A stretch of 61,747 nt of DNA, filler included, from Ministeria vibrans ATCC 50519 (lineage: Eukaryota > Protista > Filasterea), in assembly GCA_943704425.1 (NCBI GenBank). It is 6 parts of 6 records of this genome, joined end to end, with 100 filler letters (N's around TTAATTAATTAA, not from the genome) between each part and the next. Parts side by side here need not be neighbours in the genome. Positions count along the whole stretch, not along the records: positions 46,608 to 61,747 come from CALSCP010001768.1; 5 more parts are not named here. The stretch is one strand, 5' to 3'. A program made the position numbers and the translations under genes. This document shows positions 60,015-61,747 of this stretch, one piece after another. The notes beneath the pieces are model-generated. The model was not told where the DNA came from and did not search any database. It was given only the letters and a program-made list of their open reading frames with translations. Numbering within the stretch: position 1 is the first letter of the stretch; the number at the start of each line of letters is the position of its first letter.

Positions 60015-61194
60015 TTAGGCGACTTTTGCAAGTGAGGTGTCGTCCGTCTTTGTGAGACGGATGACATCGGAGACCTCCTTGGCAGCTGTCTCTTTGGAAC
60101 TCCCTTGCTTGCCCTCTTTCTTGTCCGTGGTGTCCGTGCCAAAGACAGACGAGATCATCTTGATGGCACGCGATGCAAGCGACGGGCCTTGCGACTCAAT
60201 CTTCTTGGCTGTGGTCTTCTTGGCGCTCGTTGTGCATGTAGTGGAGCCGGCGCCGACCTCGGGTGCCTCTGACGCGCCACTCGAGAGCTTGGCCGGACCA
60301 TTATCGGTGAGAACACCGCCCGCCTCAATGACTGACGACTCTATTTCGGGGCAAGCTACGCCCTGGATGCGCATGGCGGCCGCGACACAGAGGTGCACAA
60401 AAGCCTCAATGTTGGTGTTCTCCTTGGCCGACGTCACCATGTATCCGTCAAAGTTGTCCTGTCCTGCCAGCTGCACCTCCTCTTCCGTGACTGCGCGGTC
60501 CTTATGGTCCCACGCTGTAGCCACGAGCAGCTGAGGCACTCGGTCGTAGTGACCTTCCTCGCGGACACGTGCATAGTTGCGCGGAACCGCGCCTTTCTTC
60601 TTGGATTTCTCCACCTTGGGCGTGCGCTTGCGTGCCTCGGCGCGCTCGCTCTCGCTCATGTCGGCAAGGACCTTTTCTTGACCGCTCATAAACCCATCGA
60701 ATCCCTTGACGCTGTACTGTGTCGAGTTGAGGCCCCAGGTGTTCGACGGCTCAAACGCATGCACCACAACGTCCGCCGAACGGAACGCCGCGTACTGCTC
60801 GAAGTGGTTGCTCATACGTCCACGCGAGCCGGGCACATCCGAAATGTTCACCTTGAGCGTCTTGTCGCCGACCTTGACGCTCGTCGAGGCCGAAGAGGGA
60901 GCTGAACAGAAACAACAACAACGAAAAAAAAAAAAAAACACGAAAAGGTTGAGCAAATGTGTTCTTAGTGTTTCTCGTACTGCCCATCCAGAACATGGGG
61001 CTGTCTTTCTTCTCGTCGGTGCTGAAGTTGCCGTCGCACGCGCGCGTCAGCAGGGCAGTCTTGCCAATGCTAGAGGAGGAGAAAGAAGAAGGAGGAGGAA
61101 GGAAGTGGATGGTTGAGCAAACTTGGCGCCAAATTGTACTCTTTCTGACTTACTTGGCATCGCCAACAATCACAACGTTGATCTCGTCAAGCAT
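60015..61194 (-). CDS. Divergent Ras-superfamily small GTPase, 3 exons
   Basis: Spliced G1 VVIVGDAN|IGKT; G3 ISDVPG; G4-like VATAWD; G5 TSAK; no CaaX. Confidence 0.78.
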
Positions 61195-61563
61195 TGTGTA
61201 TTGTTTGTAAATAAGTAGAAAGGTGTTGGAGAGGGGAAATGGAGACAAAAAAGTGTTGGTTTAAAGTTTTAAGTTCGTGTTGACCAAGCAAAACGAAAAT
61301 GCCACGACACCAAAATGGCACTCATGTGATAAGAGTTGTTGCACACTCGCCGCCATCTGGCACAAAGCAAACCCTGGCACTAGCTGATGGAGCAAGATCG
61401 TCACCAATCGCCAGCACATTTCCTGAGAATGCGGTTGGTTGAACAACATGCCAAGTTGACACTTTCTTTTTTTGATCATCTTGGACCTGATTGGCACTAC
61501 GCTATGCTTGGGAGCAGGGGGCGTTGGCACTTGTGTTGTATGCATTTGTGCAAAGCCGGAGTG

Positions 61564-61747
61564 GGGATTCTGATTATCGAAAATTAACCCAATATGAAAA
61601 GGGGTGGATTCTGACTATTGAAATGTAACCCAATATGAAAAGGGGTGGATTCTGACTATTGAAAATTAACCCAATATGAAAAGGGGTGGATTCTGACTAT
61701 TGAAATGTAACCCAATATGAAAAGGGGTGGATTCTGACTATTGAAAA
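61564..61747. repeat. 41-bp tandem satellite running off the window end
   Basis: Unit AACCCAATATGAAAAGGGGTGGATTCTGACTATTGAAA(AT/TG)T starting at 61586, 61627, 61668 and 61709. Confidence 0.93.

Noticed and set aside
61564-61747. Possible CRISPR array
   Set aside because: Contiguous 41-bp units with no unique spacers, eukaryotic context, no cas genes

Overview
Gene-dense, intron-rich eukaryotic scaffold with short GT-AG introns, many (GA)n/(CA)n microsatellites, and five 100-nt scaffold gaps each carrying an artificial TTAATTAATTAA linker. The gene set (fascin, tomosyn, FBXL6-like, DAPIT/ATP5MK, animal-type ferrochelatase, EDEM1-like) points to a unicellular relative of animals (filasterean- or choanoflagellate-like); this is inference. 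About 28 protein-coding loci can be read, many truncated at gaps. The most notable items are: (1) a complete eukaryotic selenocysteine tRNA (UCA) with an 11-nt canonical intron, upstream TATA box and oligo-T terminator, followed about 300 bp later by a triplicated zinc-finger reading frame broken by two in-frame UGA codons; (2) a membrane-anchored proprotein convertase with the PC2-type oxyanion Asp and a large acidic insert; (3) an MLO-like membrane protein with a ~950-aa loop insertion; (4) a tomosyn containing a UBA domain; (5) a UBA5 gene whose last exon lies 5.2 kb away with other loci in between (nesting or mis-assembly). All family calls rest on motif recognition by eye; no database search was run.
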